A DNA stretch of 64,000 bases from Diplonema japonicum (GCA_964019335.1 OZ025660.1:743504-807503), one strand, 5' to 3'. Counted from the first letter of the stretch, positions 1 through 10,732 are shown. Translations and numbers: made by a program. Notes: generated by a model from the letters alone, not told the origin.

Positions 1-1311
1 GTACGTCATCTTTGCCTCGAAACCTTTTTCGAATGGTGACTTCGTCCTCCTCAGCCCCCCCAGTTTCCAGCCCGGCTTGTTGCTGCCCGCGTAGCTGGCA
101 GGCGACGGTGATGGCGACCGTGTTGTCTTCGGCTTGCCGTACAACTTGTTGAAGGTGTCGCAGCTGGATGTCCGCAGCCCATGCGTGGCAGACCTATAGA
201 TGTTTGGCTGGTAGTTGTAAAGCTGTGCTTCTTCCACTTCGCACTGCTTCTTCGTCGCCATGGCAGCCTGCGTAACTAGATCCTTGCGCACCTTAGCCTC
301 CATCCCGCTGTCGTACAGACGTGAGGCTGCATCTGCAGACGGAGACCTGAGGAGGCGGCCCCGTCGAAGGGGTGACGGGGAAGGCCTTCGTGGGAGAGGA
401 CTGGGGGAAGGTCTTCTTGGAAGGGGGCTAGGGGAAGGGTTTCGCTTAAGCTTCCTTGGGGACTTGTTAATTTTTGAGGCAGGATCTATCTCTACAGGTG
501 AGAACCTGCTGCTCACGGGCCAGCTGGCCCAAGTAGGGAGAGCGTAGCGTGGTGTGTCGACCTTGGTAGTGGTGGTGGCGTGCACGCAGTAGTCGCTGAC
601 GACACGGACGGGGCTGTCGTGCCGGCTTCTGCACGGTGAGGAGTGGTGGCTCTTGCCGCAGGTGCAGTTATCGCTGTTCACTTGTGTGTGCGCGTCGCTT
701 GTCTCGCCGAGGTTCGTGTGCTTGACCTGTGTCTCCGCGTTGATCATGTCTGACTCTGTGATGGTGGCGTCAAGGGGGTCAAGCCAGCTCTGCATAGGGG
801 TGGTGCTTGTGGGAGAGTCCCCGACAGTGCGGGAAAAGAGCAGCCTGCGCACCTCCTCCTGCCCCTCTTCATCCTGCGGAATGGTCTGGTGTGGGGCTGT
901 CTTGAGATCCAGGTAGTCCCTGATGGAGGGTTGCTGTGGTTTCTTGCGCTTGCCCATGGGGGACTTCGACCTCCCACGGAGGGGCGGTGGCGAGGTGCAC
1001 ACACTGGATACAGCCTTCTCGGACTTGTTGTTTACTTCAGCATCCATAGTGTCAGGCCTTCCCTCTGGGTAATGCCGGGTGTAGGTAAAGTTATCCCTGT
1101 GCATCATCGAGTATCTAGGCAGGTACGCCATCTCGTCACTCCCAATGCTGACATCATCCGACGGTGGCGGCGCGTTCAGTAGGTCCGCAAAGCCTATTCC
1201 CTTGCTCTCCTTCTTCTTCCTCTTCGTCACCACCTCCTGCAGCAGCGATACCTTCTTCCTAAGGTCCTGCACATTCTTCCTGCCTTCTGACAACGCAGGT
1301 CCCCATGACAT
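1..1311 (-). CDS. Hypothetical Ser/Pro/Arg-rich protein, running off the left window edge
   Basis: Manual translation from ATG at 1311 (MSWGPALSEGRK...) is open for 437 codons to position 1. It contains PSPSPL repeats and an RLYDSG...EE...YQPNI motif. It is missing from the ORF track because there is no stop in the window. Confidence 0.75.
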   Translation of the reverse strand, partial: MSWGPALSEGRKNVQDLRKKVSLLQEVVTKRKKKESKGIGFADLLNAPPPSDDVSIGSDEMAYLPRYSMMHRDNFTYTRHYPEGRPDTMDAEVNNKSEKAVSSVCTSPPPLRGRSKSPMGKRKKPQQPSIRDYLDLKTAPHQTIPQDEEGQEEVRRLLFSRTVGDSPTSTTPMQSWLDPLDATITESDMINAETQVKHTNLGETSDAHTQVNSDNCTCGKSHHSSPCRSRHDSPVRVVSDYCVHATTTTKVDTPRYALPTWASWPVSSRFSPVEIDPASKINKSPRKLKRNPSPSPLPRRPSPSPLPRRPSPSPLRRGRLLRSPSADAASRLYDSGMEAKVRKDLVTQAAMATKKQCEVEEAQLYNYQPNIYRSATHGLRTSSCDTFNKLYGKPKTTRSPSPSPASYAGSNKPGWKLGGLRRTKSPFEKGFEAKMTY

Positions 1312-2647
1312 ATACTTTGTAAATAAAAGAGTCTCTGGAAGCAGAGCAGATAAATAAATATGTGGAAGGAAATGTAAAATCGCATCAAGCACATCAACAG
1401 GCTGCAACGAAAGGGCGCAGAAAACGATGTGCAGACATGGCATGGCATGGCATGGAGTTGCTAATTGTAACGCTTACATCGCGTTCACAGGGCGAAGAAG
1501 CCAAGACAGAATTGAAAATGGCAAGCCCGCTTTGATGATATGGCCCTGTCCCTCTTGGTTCATTTGGTTCATTTGATTTCCAGCCTACAGCAGGGGGTTG
1601 GATGCTGCCGAGTTGGACGAGGAACGAAACCCGAAGAACTGGTTTTGACTAAGACGCTTCAAAAAGCTGTTGGAAGAGAGCGACGTAGGCATTTTCTTTT
1701 TCAAATTCATTCACACGGAGGGATGCTAATCAAAAAAGAAGGGGGGGATGAAAAATATGTGTATTGCCCGGTTTCAAATTCTGCGCTGCTGTAGCAGCTT
1801 ACAAAAATATATATAAAAAGAAAATGCTCGGTTTTGGGAGTTTGAGGTTAGGTTTATGGAATGAAATTGATCTCAGCTCTCGGTGTGGAACATGAAGGGG
1901 GTGCTTTGAGATGAATTTGAGAACAAAAAAAAAATCACAAAGAAAAAGACAGAGAAAGGAAGAAAAAAGAAGGGGGGGGGGAAGCGAGGGTGAGATTTTT
2001 TATTGTTTTCTTAGAAAGAAAATGGATGAAAGAAAAAAAAAGAGGGGGGGGGAAAAAACCATAAACAGAATAACAAAACAAAAAATAAGCAAGGAAAAAG
2101 AAAAAAATAGGTCCGTTTTCTTCAGTTTTCAACCCGTGGGGTGTACAGGTGGTCCAAAGGCTGCTGTTTCATATATTTAAGAGAAATGGGTGGTGTTACT
2201 TATACTTAGCTGTTCGAGAAACGGTCAATTATTCAGTATGCTATTGGCAAAGCTACCCGTAGCATAGAAAGGGACGAACTACCGGGGAAAACAAACCAAA
2301 TTTAACAAAAAAAAAAAAAAAGAAACGGTAAGCAAAAAATTTTACCCTATAAACGGTTCCGCCAGAATATCAACTATGCACCCGGGGAATATGCCAAAAG
2401 ATGCCCTCAAGCCAATAGAGGAGGCTGACAACAAAGGGAATAGAGGATGGGGCAATGCAGCTAGCACAGGAACCCCATCACCCTTCGGTCTGTTTACAGT
2501 AGAAGTCCCGGCCTTCAGGGACTTTAATGAACCTTTAATGAAACGATGGAAGAAAAAAAAAGGTATTTTTTGCATACCGTGAATGGTTTTCCCCTCAAAG
2601 AAAAAAAAAAGAAAGAGAAAAAACTAATAATAACAACAGCAAGAATA

Positions 2648-4259
2648 CCGGATTTGTACTTATATTGTTATGTGAAAAGCCCCAAATTGGGCAAAAAATT
2701 CGAAAAAGGTACATAATATTTACAGAACACCATTAAGACAGAACATAAAAATTACAAGAATAAAAAAAAATCCCAGAAAATATCCCTAAAAATAAAAAAT
2801 CCCAAGACAAAAACAAAATACCCCCCAGCCGGGGAGGGGGTGGTATTACCGCAATTCTAGTTCACTATTGCCCAGTCCTGCACGTAAAGCACACCACATA
2901 GTCGCAGGACGGGCAGACCCTCCCGCGGGTGCTCATGTCATGCTCACCAGAGCATTCCGTGCACTCCCACCCTGGTCTCTCCTTTCTAACCTGCTTGAGG
3001 GTTGCGCTGCAGTTGGGGCAGGGCACCCTCGTCACGTTGTTCGTTCGCTGGCTTGGGGTCACCTGGCTTGGTGCCGCTGCTTGGCTTGGGGCTGAGGCTT
3101 CTTGGTCAGGCATTTCTTCTTCTGCTTCTTCGTCAGAAGAAGGCGCATCAGAAATAACCTCTATGTCGATGCCCAGCCTGCTGAACATCTCAGTGATCTC
3201 AATGTCCGGGTCTTCGGGTGCTGGTTCCGGGTCGACTGACAGTCCCAATGGCTCCAATGGGTCAATCTCTATCGGGGGAGCCCCTGCATCTGCATCCAGA
3301 ACTTCCCGAACCAGCTCGACCTCGGAAGGCGGGGCGGAGGGCCAGTCGAGGGCGCAGGAACGTCCTCAGTGGGCGGGGGCACGGATGCAGGCCCGGGTGG
3401 GAGATCGTTAAAAAGGTAAGCGAACCCTGCCCGGATTGTGGTTTCTGTTAGCTTGCGGTAAGCCTCGACACTCCAGGCAAGAATAAAAGGACGCATAATC
3501 TTTGTCCTTTTGTCAACCTCAAGCATTGCTGATTTTGCAATCTGTGAAGGTGTCGGGGCAGCAGGGGAGGCCACGGGGCTGGCAACAGAAGCAACGGGAC
3601 CGGCAACAGAAACCACAGGACCGGCAACAACAGAAGCACCAGGCGCGGCAACAGGACTAACGGGAACAGAAGCCGGACCAACAGCAGTAAGAAGGGCTTC
3701 TCTTCTGTGTCTTTTCCGCTCTTTCTTTATCTGGGCCTTCAGGGCGACCGCGTACCTTGTTTTGAAAATGGAAACCAAAAAGTAGATCTTGTATACCACT
3801 TGGAATACGCTGATCGCATATGCGACTTAATAGGCCATGGGCTGATATGTCCATGGGCTGGAGTTCGGCCGTCCACCCCGGCTCTATAAAAAGGTGTATA
3901 AACCTCAAGGGGGCTGCGCAAACCTCTTGTCCCCATGCCCCACAAGAGAGACCCGTTTCGCACCGCGACAGTCAAGAAGCCATGGAGCGACATGTTTTAT
4001 TCAGAGAATAGGGTTGGATTTTTTTAAATGATTATTTATGTTGGAACCGCTTAAGGTGGTAAATAAGTAGGAAAACGTGACTTTGATTTTAGTGGGGCCT
4101 GTCCTGGGGGATCAGGCCAAAAATAATAAAAATAGTTTTTTGTATTGTTCTGTAAAAAGTCCCAAGTTGGGTCCAAAATTCGAAAAAGGTACATAATTTA
4201 TACAGTACACTAAATCCCCAGACCATTATTAAAGCTGAACAATATAAATACAAATCCGG
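2648..4259 (-). mobile_element. Non-autonomous pogo/Tc1-mariner-superfamily DNA transposon
   Basis: TIRs are CCGGATTTGTACTTATATTGTT (2648-2669) and AACAATATAAATACAAATCCGG (4238-4259), with 1 mismatch in 22 bp. TA flanks both ends (2646-47, 4260-61). An internal transposase remnant is present. Confidence 0.88.
2865..3993 (-). pseudogene. Frameshifted, 5'-truncated DDE_1 (pogo-like) transposase with C-terminal Cys-rich zinc finger
   Basis: FIEPGWTAELQPMDISAHG is followed, after a frameshift, by PIKSHMRSAYSKW, resembling the pogo LQPLD..GPLK motif. AWSVEAYRKLTETTIRAGF resembles the pogo AW..IS.ETI..SF motif. A putative intron lies at 3756-3796. The last fragment has CPNC..CTEC..CPSC..CFTC. Confidence 0.8.
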
Positions 4260-4328
4260 TATATAAAAAAAAGAGAAAAAAAAAAAGTTGGTTAAAAATA
4301 AATTATAAAATAAAAAAAAACTTCTCCG

Positions 4329-5237
4329 TTACTCGAGGGAGTCCCAGCGTATAGAAACATCCTTGGCTTGTAAATCATCAATGAGCTTCTTTGCCGCCAT
4401 GCCTATTCTGAAAGTGATAAGGTCACCAGCTTCGACTTCAGTGTGGTGGGTGATGGTCGCAGACACACAATCACCCTTTTTCACCCTGCGAGGAAAGAGA
4501 GAGTAAGAAGCAAGCAGCGCATTCAGCTGTATGCCCAGACCGTGGTACCTTTCGTGGGCCTCGATCCAACCATCCCTTGCTCTCGCCACCACCGAGATGC
4601 TCACTGATACCACCCCAGGGCGCAAGACCCTTATGTCATCATCAACGAATTCAAAAGTCAGCGCGTTCCGGTGGGTGATGCACAACTCCTGCTTCAAAGG
4701 CAGGTCCACGACATCCTCGCTCCTGTTAGCCCTCTCAACGTCGATGGTTGTGTTCAGCACCGCGTGGCGCGTCTTCTTCGGTTTGAACTCACACCCCTTT
4801 GCATGCCCATCCAATTTGTTTTTTTGCATTTTCATCGTGCACCCAAATCTACCATTCGGGCATGGCACGGGTGAGTACGGACACACCTTTGTGTGCGCAT
4901 CCCACGAATCCCGCAACATCTCTGCCTCGCAGTCCCCTTGTATGCACCGTATCTTCTGCTTCCCCACCATGTTCTTTATCAGCCTCGAGGCCGCTTCCAC
5001 CTTCGGGTCTTTTGTCCTGCATATCGGGCAGGTTTTCTTCGACTTGAAAGCTCGCGTTATGCAGTCGCTGCAAAAATAATGGTCGCAGGCCGTCTGCACG
5101 GGGTTCGTCAGCAGGTCGTTGCAGACGGCGCACAGCAGGTCCTCCGGCACATCGATCACCTCGTAGCCCACTTCATCTATTGCAGCACAGTCTTTATATC
5201 TGTTCTCGCTCCCCATCAACCACTGTGGTGACTGCAT
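4329..5237 (-). CDS. RING finger + TRAF-type zinc finger protein with beta-rich C-terminal domain
   Basis: C3HC4 RING (CAVC..CDHYFCSDC..CPIC) and TRAF-like zinc fingers (HTKVCPYSPVPCPN..C..H..C). Intronless. Confidence 0.85.
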   Translation of the reverse strand: MQSPQWLMGSENRYKDCAAIDEVGYEVIDVPEDLLCAVCNDLLTNPVQTACDHYFCSDCITRAFKSKKTCPICRTKDPKVEAASRLIKNMVGKQKIRCIQGDCEAEMLRDSWDAHTKVCPYSPVPCPNGRFGCTMKMQKNKLDGHAKGCEFKPKKTRHAVLNTTIDVERANRSEDVVDLPLKQELCITHRNALTFEFVDDDIRVLRPGVVSVSISVVARARDGWIEAHERYHGLGIQLNALLASYSLFPRRVKKGDCVSATITHHTEVEAGDLITFRIGMAAKKLIDDLQAKDVSIRWDSLE

Positions 5238-5288
5238 TGGAGTATGTTTAAACTAAAAAATACAACATGTGAAAACGAAAATGTACAT

Positions 5289-5813
5289 CTACAGTCTTCT
5301 GGGTGGCGTCATCATCGTGACCTGTAGTGTTGCGTTGTGTAGTGTAAGTAAATCAAGGTATACCCCCGCTGAAGTGGGCACTGCAACATGTGACAGGTAC
5401 TTGGCCTCGTCGCCCTTCGAGACTGTTGTGCTGTTCTTGATGATGTCTGCGAGATGCCCCGACGACAAGAGAGTGGTCTCACGCACAGGACTAGCAAGCC
5501 CTGCAGGCGACGTTGCAGGAAGGGAGCTAGGTGGCAGTGGTGACGGCGACACCGCGTGCCCTGCATACCCCGCATACCCTGCTATTGTACCTTCAGTTCT
5601 CTTCTTGTTGACCAGCAGCATCACTACCTCCTGCAGCTTCGACTGCTTCTCCTGTAAATTCTTCATTTGCATATTGATCTCATCCAGTCCATTCACCACC
5701 TCCTTTAGTAGGTTCTGTTCCTTTTCTCTCTCTCGCTCTTCCTGCATCCTATGCACTTCTTCCATCCTTTCTTCTCTCAGTCTCGCAAGCTCTTTATCGA
5801 TGTGCGCATCCAT
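5289..5813 (-). CDS. Hypothetical coiled-coil protein
   Basis: E/R-rich helical N-terminus. A probable in-frame 42-nt intron (GTATAC...CTACAG) lies at 5322-5363. Confidence 0.65.
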   Translation of the reverse strand: MDAHIDKELARLREERMEEVHRMQEEREREKEQNLLKEVVNGLDEINMQMKNLQEKQSKLQEVVMLLVNKKRTEGTIAGYAGYAGHAVSPSPLPPSSLPATSPAGLASPVRETTLLSSGHLADIIKNSTTVSKGDEAKYLSHVAVPTSAGVYLDLLTLHNATLQVTMMTPPRRL

Positions 5814-5954
5814 GTTGTTCCCCCACCCTCATCAAACCTGTGTGTCTTGATAGCCACGCACAAAGCCACAACACTACTGACATGATGTCTTACATGACAT
5901 GAACCCAAGAAGCTTAGTATACAACAGGCAGCCATAGGCTAGTGATGGGCCTTC

Positions 5955-7634
5955 TTACTTCTTCTCTTGCACAGCGGCTATCCATGTGAGGGGCGTGCCT
6001 GAGAAAGGGATGTGCCAAGTGCTTTTAGTGGTGTCTTGCTGCCCTCGAAGGGTGTAGGGGAGGGGTGGCACGATGGTTGCTTTTCTGTAGATTGAGGGTT
6101 TCGTGGGGCCAACCCAGAAGTCCTCGTCCGTAGGTGTCGTCTCATGCAGGCGGAACTTGGTGAGGTGTCGCTCGCGCCACACAACAAGGGAAGGGTGCTG
6201 CTTCATGCGCCAGTAGTGGTCGCGGAAGATGTCGTTCGTGATAAGCTGCACACCGCAGACACCCCGCAACATCATCTCCACTGCGACGTACATCGCCACC
6301 CAGTCGTCGTTCACATAGTGTGGTGACTCGAGTAGCAAGCTCTTTCTCTCCCAGCGCTCCCTGTACTGTTCCCCCGTCGTCAGCACCTTGTCACCTTTCA
6401 CCACTGCTTCTACTTCTGGCTCCTCTTCTTCTGTCACTTCTGGTTCCTCTTCTTCGTATTCTTCATCCCCACCCATCTGCTCCAGCAGCTGCTCCTCAAA
6501 AGCAGTCAGTTTCTTTTTCTCTCCGATTTGGGGCAGTTTTGGTTTCCTCTTCTTCTTCTTAATGGCGAGATCCGTCTCCGGTCTCAGCCAGTGTCCACGC
6601 AGCACAACAAGAGGCTTGTCGCAGACATCGACCACAGCGTCGATCTGCTGGTGTGAAAAGCAGCCGTTCTCACAGTTCTGCAGTGTGTGCCCCACGTTGG
6701 CGGCATCGATGATGTGCTTGTACTCCTGTTTCGTGTCCTGCAGCCACGCGCGGAAGGACTGCCACTCTTGGATGATCTCGTCCGACGCGTTATCGATGGC
6801 CAGCTTCTCGATGAGTTCCCTGAGTTCCAGCAGGTCGTTCTTGCTCAGGGCCGAGGGTTTGAGAAGTGAGCCAGACTCCGCGCACTCTCCCTTTTCATTG
6901 ACTTCAACAGCGTCCAATGTGTTGTACCCACATGACCTCAGGATGTACAGCAGGGCGGGCTTGGGGTCTAAGTAGTTGGGGTTTTGCCTCATGATGGGTA
7001 CTGTGGAGAAGAGCTCGTTGAGTATGTCATCAGCAGCGATCTTCTTCTCTTCTGCACTGAGGGTTTTGGAATTGGCGACAGCGGTACCCCAGTGCAGACA
7101 CGTGTCCTGCCACTGCATAACTTCCATGTCCGTGAGAGGGCCTGCCCGCTTCATAGGCAAGATTTCGTCTTTGAACACCTGCTCAGCAGTAACATGGTCG
7201 CCCGTCACGCCGCATGCCGATAGGATGGGTGTGATGGAACGGAAGCGTGGTGTGTTGCGCTTCACAGCAGGGTCCTGCTTCTTGGGAATCCTTTGGAGGT
7301 ATTCCTGAGCGAGGCTCGTCTTCCCTGCCTTCGCTGAGAGACGTATCATCAACGACATGAGTGCCTCCTTAGGCTTGCCACCGCTCATCGCCACACCTTC
7401 CTGGTACACTTCATCGACAACAGCAAAGTACGCCTCAGATGTGTCGCACTTGTCGATGGCTGCTAAGACTTGCGTGCACACACCCTCCGGCATCTTCAGT
7501 GCACAGTCCCTCCACTTCCTGAATACGTCGATCATCCCCTGCACATTCCCCTCCCGCTGAGCTTCCAACAGGCTCTGAGAGATTTCAGACGTTAGTGCAG
7601 GTGCCTTCTTCCTCTTCTTCGTTTGAGGGTCCAT
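5955..7634 (-). CDS. PRORP: Protein-only RNase P (PPR + NYN nuclease domain)
   Basis: NYN motifs IIDAANVG, NDDW and ITNDIFRDH, an N-terminal PPR-like helical region, and an N-terminal KKRKK basic cluster. Confidence 0.9.
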   Translation of the reverse strand: MDPQTKKRKKAPALTSEISQSLLEAQREGNVQGMIDVFRKWRDCALKMPEGVCTQVLAAIDKCDTSEAYFAVVDEVYQEGVAMSGGKPKEALMSLMIRLSAKAGKTSLAQEYLQRIPKKQDPAVKRNTPRFRSITPILSACGVTGDHVTAEQVFKDEILPMKRAGPLTDMEVMQWQDTCLHWGTAVANSKTLSAEEKKIAADDILNELFSTVPIMRQNPNYLDPKPALLYILRSCGYNTLDAVEVNEKGECAESGSLLKPSALSKNDLLELRELIEKLAIDNASDEIIQEWQSFRAWLQDTKQEYKHIIDAANVGHTLQNCENGCFSHQQIDAVVDVCDKPLVVLRGHWLRPETDLAIKKKKRKPKLPQIGEKKKLTAFEEQLLEQMGGDEEYEEEEPEVTEEEEPEVEAVVKGDKVLTTGEQYRERWERKSLLLESPHYVNDDWVAMYVAVEMMLRGVCGVQLITNDIFRDHYWRMKQHPSLVVWRERHLTKFRLHETTPTDEDFWVGPTKPSIYRKATIVPPLPYTLRGQQDTTKSTWHIPFSGTPLTWIAAVQEKK

Positions 7635-7804
7635 GTTTTCTGTGTTGACTTAAGTAAATAATAAGTATTTTGCAATCCAACTACGTAACTGACACCTTTT
7701 AGCGAGTTCACTCGCAGCGAGAAGTGACTTATACCACGTGTCACCTGGGTCGCTACAGTGATGCGAAGCAGCGGTCCGCAGGTAGCGTTCACATCAAGTG
7801 TGGA

Positions 7805-9259
7805 TCACAGAGGTGTGTAGTGGGAAAGTAAAGTGGTGCAAGTGGTGTGCTTGGGTAGAGCATTCCGGTAATGGGGCTTCGCGCGGCCCCTGATAATAAT
7901 CCACTGGTTGAACTGCGGCTGCACGTTGATAGAGTCGTTGTACAACACGGTGCCTTCCTCATAGCGGCCGACCCACTCAGAGTTGATGACCCATGGCGTG
8001 ACTTGTACGAACAGCGGGCAGCTTGAAACATGAGGATATGCTGCAATGAGGGTTGTCAGCGTGAACTCACAAGCGTTCCTATCGGTGTGCGGCTTCAGCA
8101 CATCACCTTCAATGTACCCTGCTTGGTACCCATATGTGGGCTGCACATTGATGTTTGTTAATTTCTCTACAAAGCGCTTCACGTGTACGTTGATGTAGGA
8201 GTTCAGGGGGTCGGACAAGGACTCGTGTGTCGCAGCGCCCCTGTAACCCCGACCGTTCCACCCCAGCATGTTCTCATCTACAAGAAACCTATATAGTCTC
8301 GCCACCACCGCAAAGCAGTACGGCGGGAGCGCGTTGTTGATGGCTATATGCCAGTCGCGGGCGAACCTGTGCGCATCGGCATAGGTTACTTTGGGAAAGC
8401 CCCCCAAGTATGGCATGTACTCATAGTACATGTGGAACCGTACCAATGCTCTTCTTGTGAAATAGTCAGCAGGTTTCGACACTGGGCTCAGCACACTGTT
8501 CATGTACTTCCTCTCCTGGTGGATATGCTCGGTAACAAGAAACGGCGAGAGCACAGCGGCCTTCTTATAGAAGTTCTGGGACGCGCTGTCCGAGCAGTTG
8601 CAGACGACTTCTTGGAACATAGCCCGCCACCACCAGTACTTTGCATTGGAGTCGACATATGGCATAATTTTGTTCAGTGTAAGGCCTACTTCGTCTATCA
8701 ACTGTGCTGAGACTGCAGGCGGGGTCTCCAAGGCGACGGCTTCAGCAAAGAGGATCATGATGAGGTTTAACTGAGGTGCTACACAGGTGTAGTCGAGGAT
8801 GGCAGAGTCCCTAAAGGCGGCTTGGGCTGAAGTCATAACCGGGGGGAAGACCTTGTCTTCCAAGGCCACCCTAACTAGTCGTACACCTTCCTCGTTGGCA
8901 CGTGTTGCTGCTTCGACGTTGCACGGCTGCAGTCTTTCTCTATCTAAGTACGGTTGCGAGTACGTCTGCGGCTGCCATCCTTTCTTCTTCGCCACAAGGC
9001 TCGCCACGTCGGCCATGCCTTTAACGTGTTCATGGTACTTCCTCTTCACGAGCTCTTCTTCTGTCTCCATCTCCACAACCAGCTCCTCTTCCTCGCGTGC
9101 CCTCCGAAGCATATGAGGTTTCAGTAAATTCCTCCGCTCCTTCATCGCGGTAGATATGCAGTTGTTGTGATACTTGAAGTACTGCATGGTCCCTATTAAC
9201 CAGAGGATCATCAACATAACGCTGCAGGTTACCAGCAGATGGGAACGTGCCATCTTCAT
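7805..9259 (-). CDS. Membrane-anchored 2OG-Fe(II) oxygenase-like protein
   Basis: N-terminal hydrophobic anchor. The C-terminal GDVLKPHTDRNACE...RGRAKPHYR supplies an HxD...H triad plus Arg. Confidence 0.7.
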   Translation of the reverse strand: MKMARSHLLVTCSVMLMILWLIGTMQYFKYHNNCISTAMKERRNLLKPHMLRRAREEEELVVEMETEEELVKRKYHEHVKGMADVASLVAKKKGWQPQTYSQPYLDRERLQPCNVEAATRANEEGVRLVRVALEDKVFPPVMTSAQAAFRDSAILDYTCVAPQLNLIMILFAEAVALETPPAVSAQLIDEVGLTLNKIMPYVDSNAKYWWWRAMFQEVVCNCSDSASQNFYKKAAVLSPFLVTEHIHQERKYMNSVLSPVSKPADYFTRRALVRFHMYYEYMPYLGGFPKVTYADAHRFARDWHIAINNALPPYCFAVVARLYRFLVDENMLGWNGRGYRGAATHESLSDPLNSYINVHVKRFVEKLTNINVQPTYGYQAGYIEGDVLKPHTDRNACEFTLTTLIAAYPHVSSCPLFVQVTPWVINSEWVGRYEEGTVLYNDSINVQPQFNQWIIIRGRAKPHYRNALPKHTTCTTLLSHYTPL

Positions 9260-9408
9260 GTTGTGGCTTTAAGAATGTTGAAGAACAACAGTAATTATCG
9301 CAGCACAATACAGCAAGCAGAAACAGAAACTAAGGTGGTCCCACTCTTCTTCTGCGCTGTTTCTCGACAAGACATTAATAATAACCACTCTGGGAAACGT
9401 TGTGCTGG

Positions 9409-10601
9409 CTACTTGCTTTTTTGTGTAAACAGGTAGGCGGCCAGAGGCATCACAAGGGCGGCAATTGCCAACGGGCGGCAAAAGTCGAAACCACGCTTTT
9501 CCCTTTCGAGAACCTCGATGTCCATGCCCGCCTTGATGGTGCCTTGCTGGTCGTCATGAGCCACGTACACACCCATGAACGGGCCCTTCCATTTGCCCCT
9601 GTGCGTGTGTGTGTTCACTTGCTGCTGCTGTGCATACCACTCGTCATCACTTGCTTTTTCAGGGAACTTGCTTTTCAAGGTCGACGTTGCCTGCAGCTTC
9701 GAACCCTTCACACCTTTGTAGGAGCCATTTTTGAACATAAACTCGCCAGTTTCCTGTTGAGTATTCTTTTAAGATTACCATTGCACACCTGGTTCCTGCA
9801 TGGGATACTGCATCTGGGGCACTCTTTGATCTTTCTGAAAGTGACACCGCCAATCTTGAACACAGTCCACTCCTCCTCATCCCAGGGCGCACAGCCTTCC
9901 ACCACAATTGAGCCACGGAAAGGCGTGAGAGGGTAGTCAGGAGTCCCCATCTGTTCCGCAAGCCAGTCGCACGAGTTTTGTGAAGTCATCAGAAACGGAG
10001 CAAAGTCCTGGAAGGAGGCACCGTCGTTCTTCCTAACGTTGAATCCTTGCATCTTTGACTGAGGGAGCCCAAGCATGTCCTTTCTGGCGTTGGGACCACA
10101 GTAGTCAACAAGGTTGCGGGCGGAACCGCTAAGCATTCTGCACAGTACGTACCTTGCTTCGGGTTTTCCTGTTTTGTTGATGTCGGTCTTGTTCAGGTAT
10201 CTTGTGAACCACTGCTCGGCTTCCTTCCCGGCGCTTTTGGACATTATGTCGCCTAGTTTCCAGGTTTGGTTTTCCGGGTCCGTGGTGCTGATCCCGCTGC
10301 ATGAAACGTTCACATCCTCGTTTGCAAGGTACTCCTCTTCATTGATTGGGACCGTGAGGTCGGGCATCCCTTCTGCACGCACAATGAGGCTCTCGTTTGT
10401 CATCTCCACCCTCACCGAGGCAAGGCATGGTATCTTTCTCTGACTGAGGTACTCCAAGGCAGGGTATCTATCACCGTTCACGTCCACAATGCACCATTCC
10501 CTATCGAGTTTTAACCCCCACTTCACCAGCTCCGCTTCACCTACCTTCGTCCCCTGGCATGACTTGATAGGGTAGACCCAAAGCTCCTTGACTTGCGGCA
10601 T
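9409..10601 (-). CDS. MOSC-domain (mARC-like) protein with C-terminal membrane anchor
   Basis: Motifs LWVYPIKSC, DREWCIVD, FRGSIVVEGC.PWDEEEW and CPRCSIP. A 35-nt intron at 9754-9788 joins the two ORF-track pieces. Confidence 0.88.
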
Positions 10602-10732
10602 TGTGTCTGAGATATGCTGCTGCAACAGGATGTTTAAGCAAATGAGAACGAAACATGACTAATTTGATCCACTAAAGGGGGGCTGGGGGGACTGCCAACC
10701 ATTCAAACTAAACGAAAACGTGGCACATTACT

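Noticed and set aside
2180-2600. Exon-like segment with GT/AG-bounded pieces left of the transposon (ORF 2342-2575)
   Set aside because: No recognisable product and no coherent start-to-stop model.
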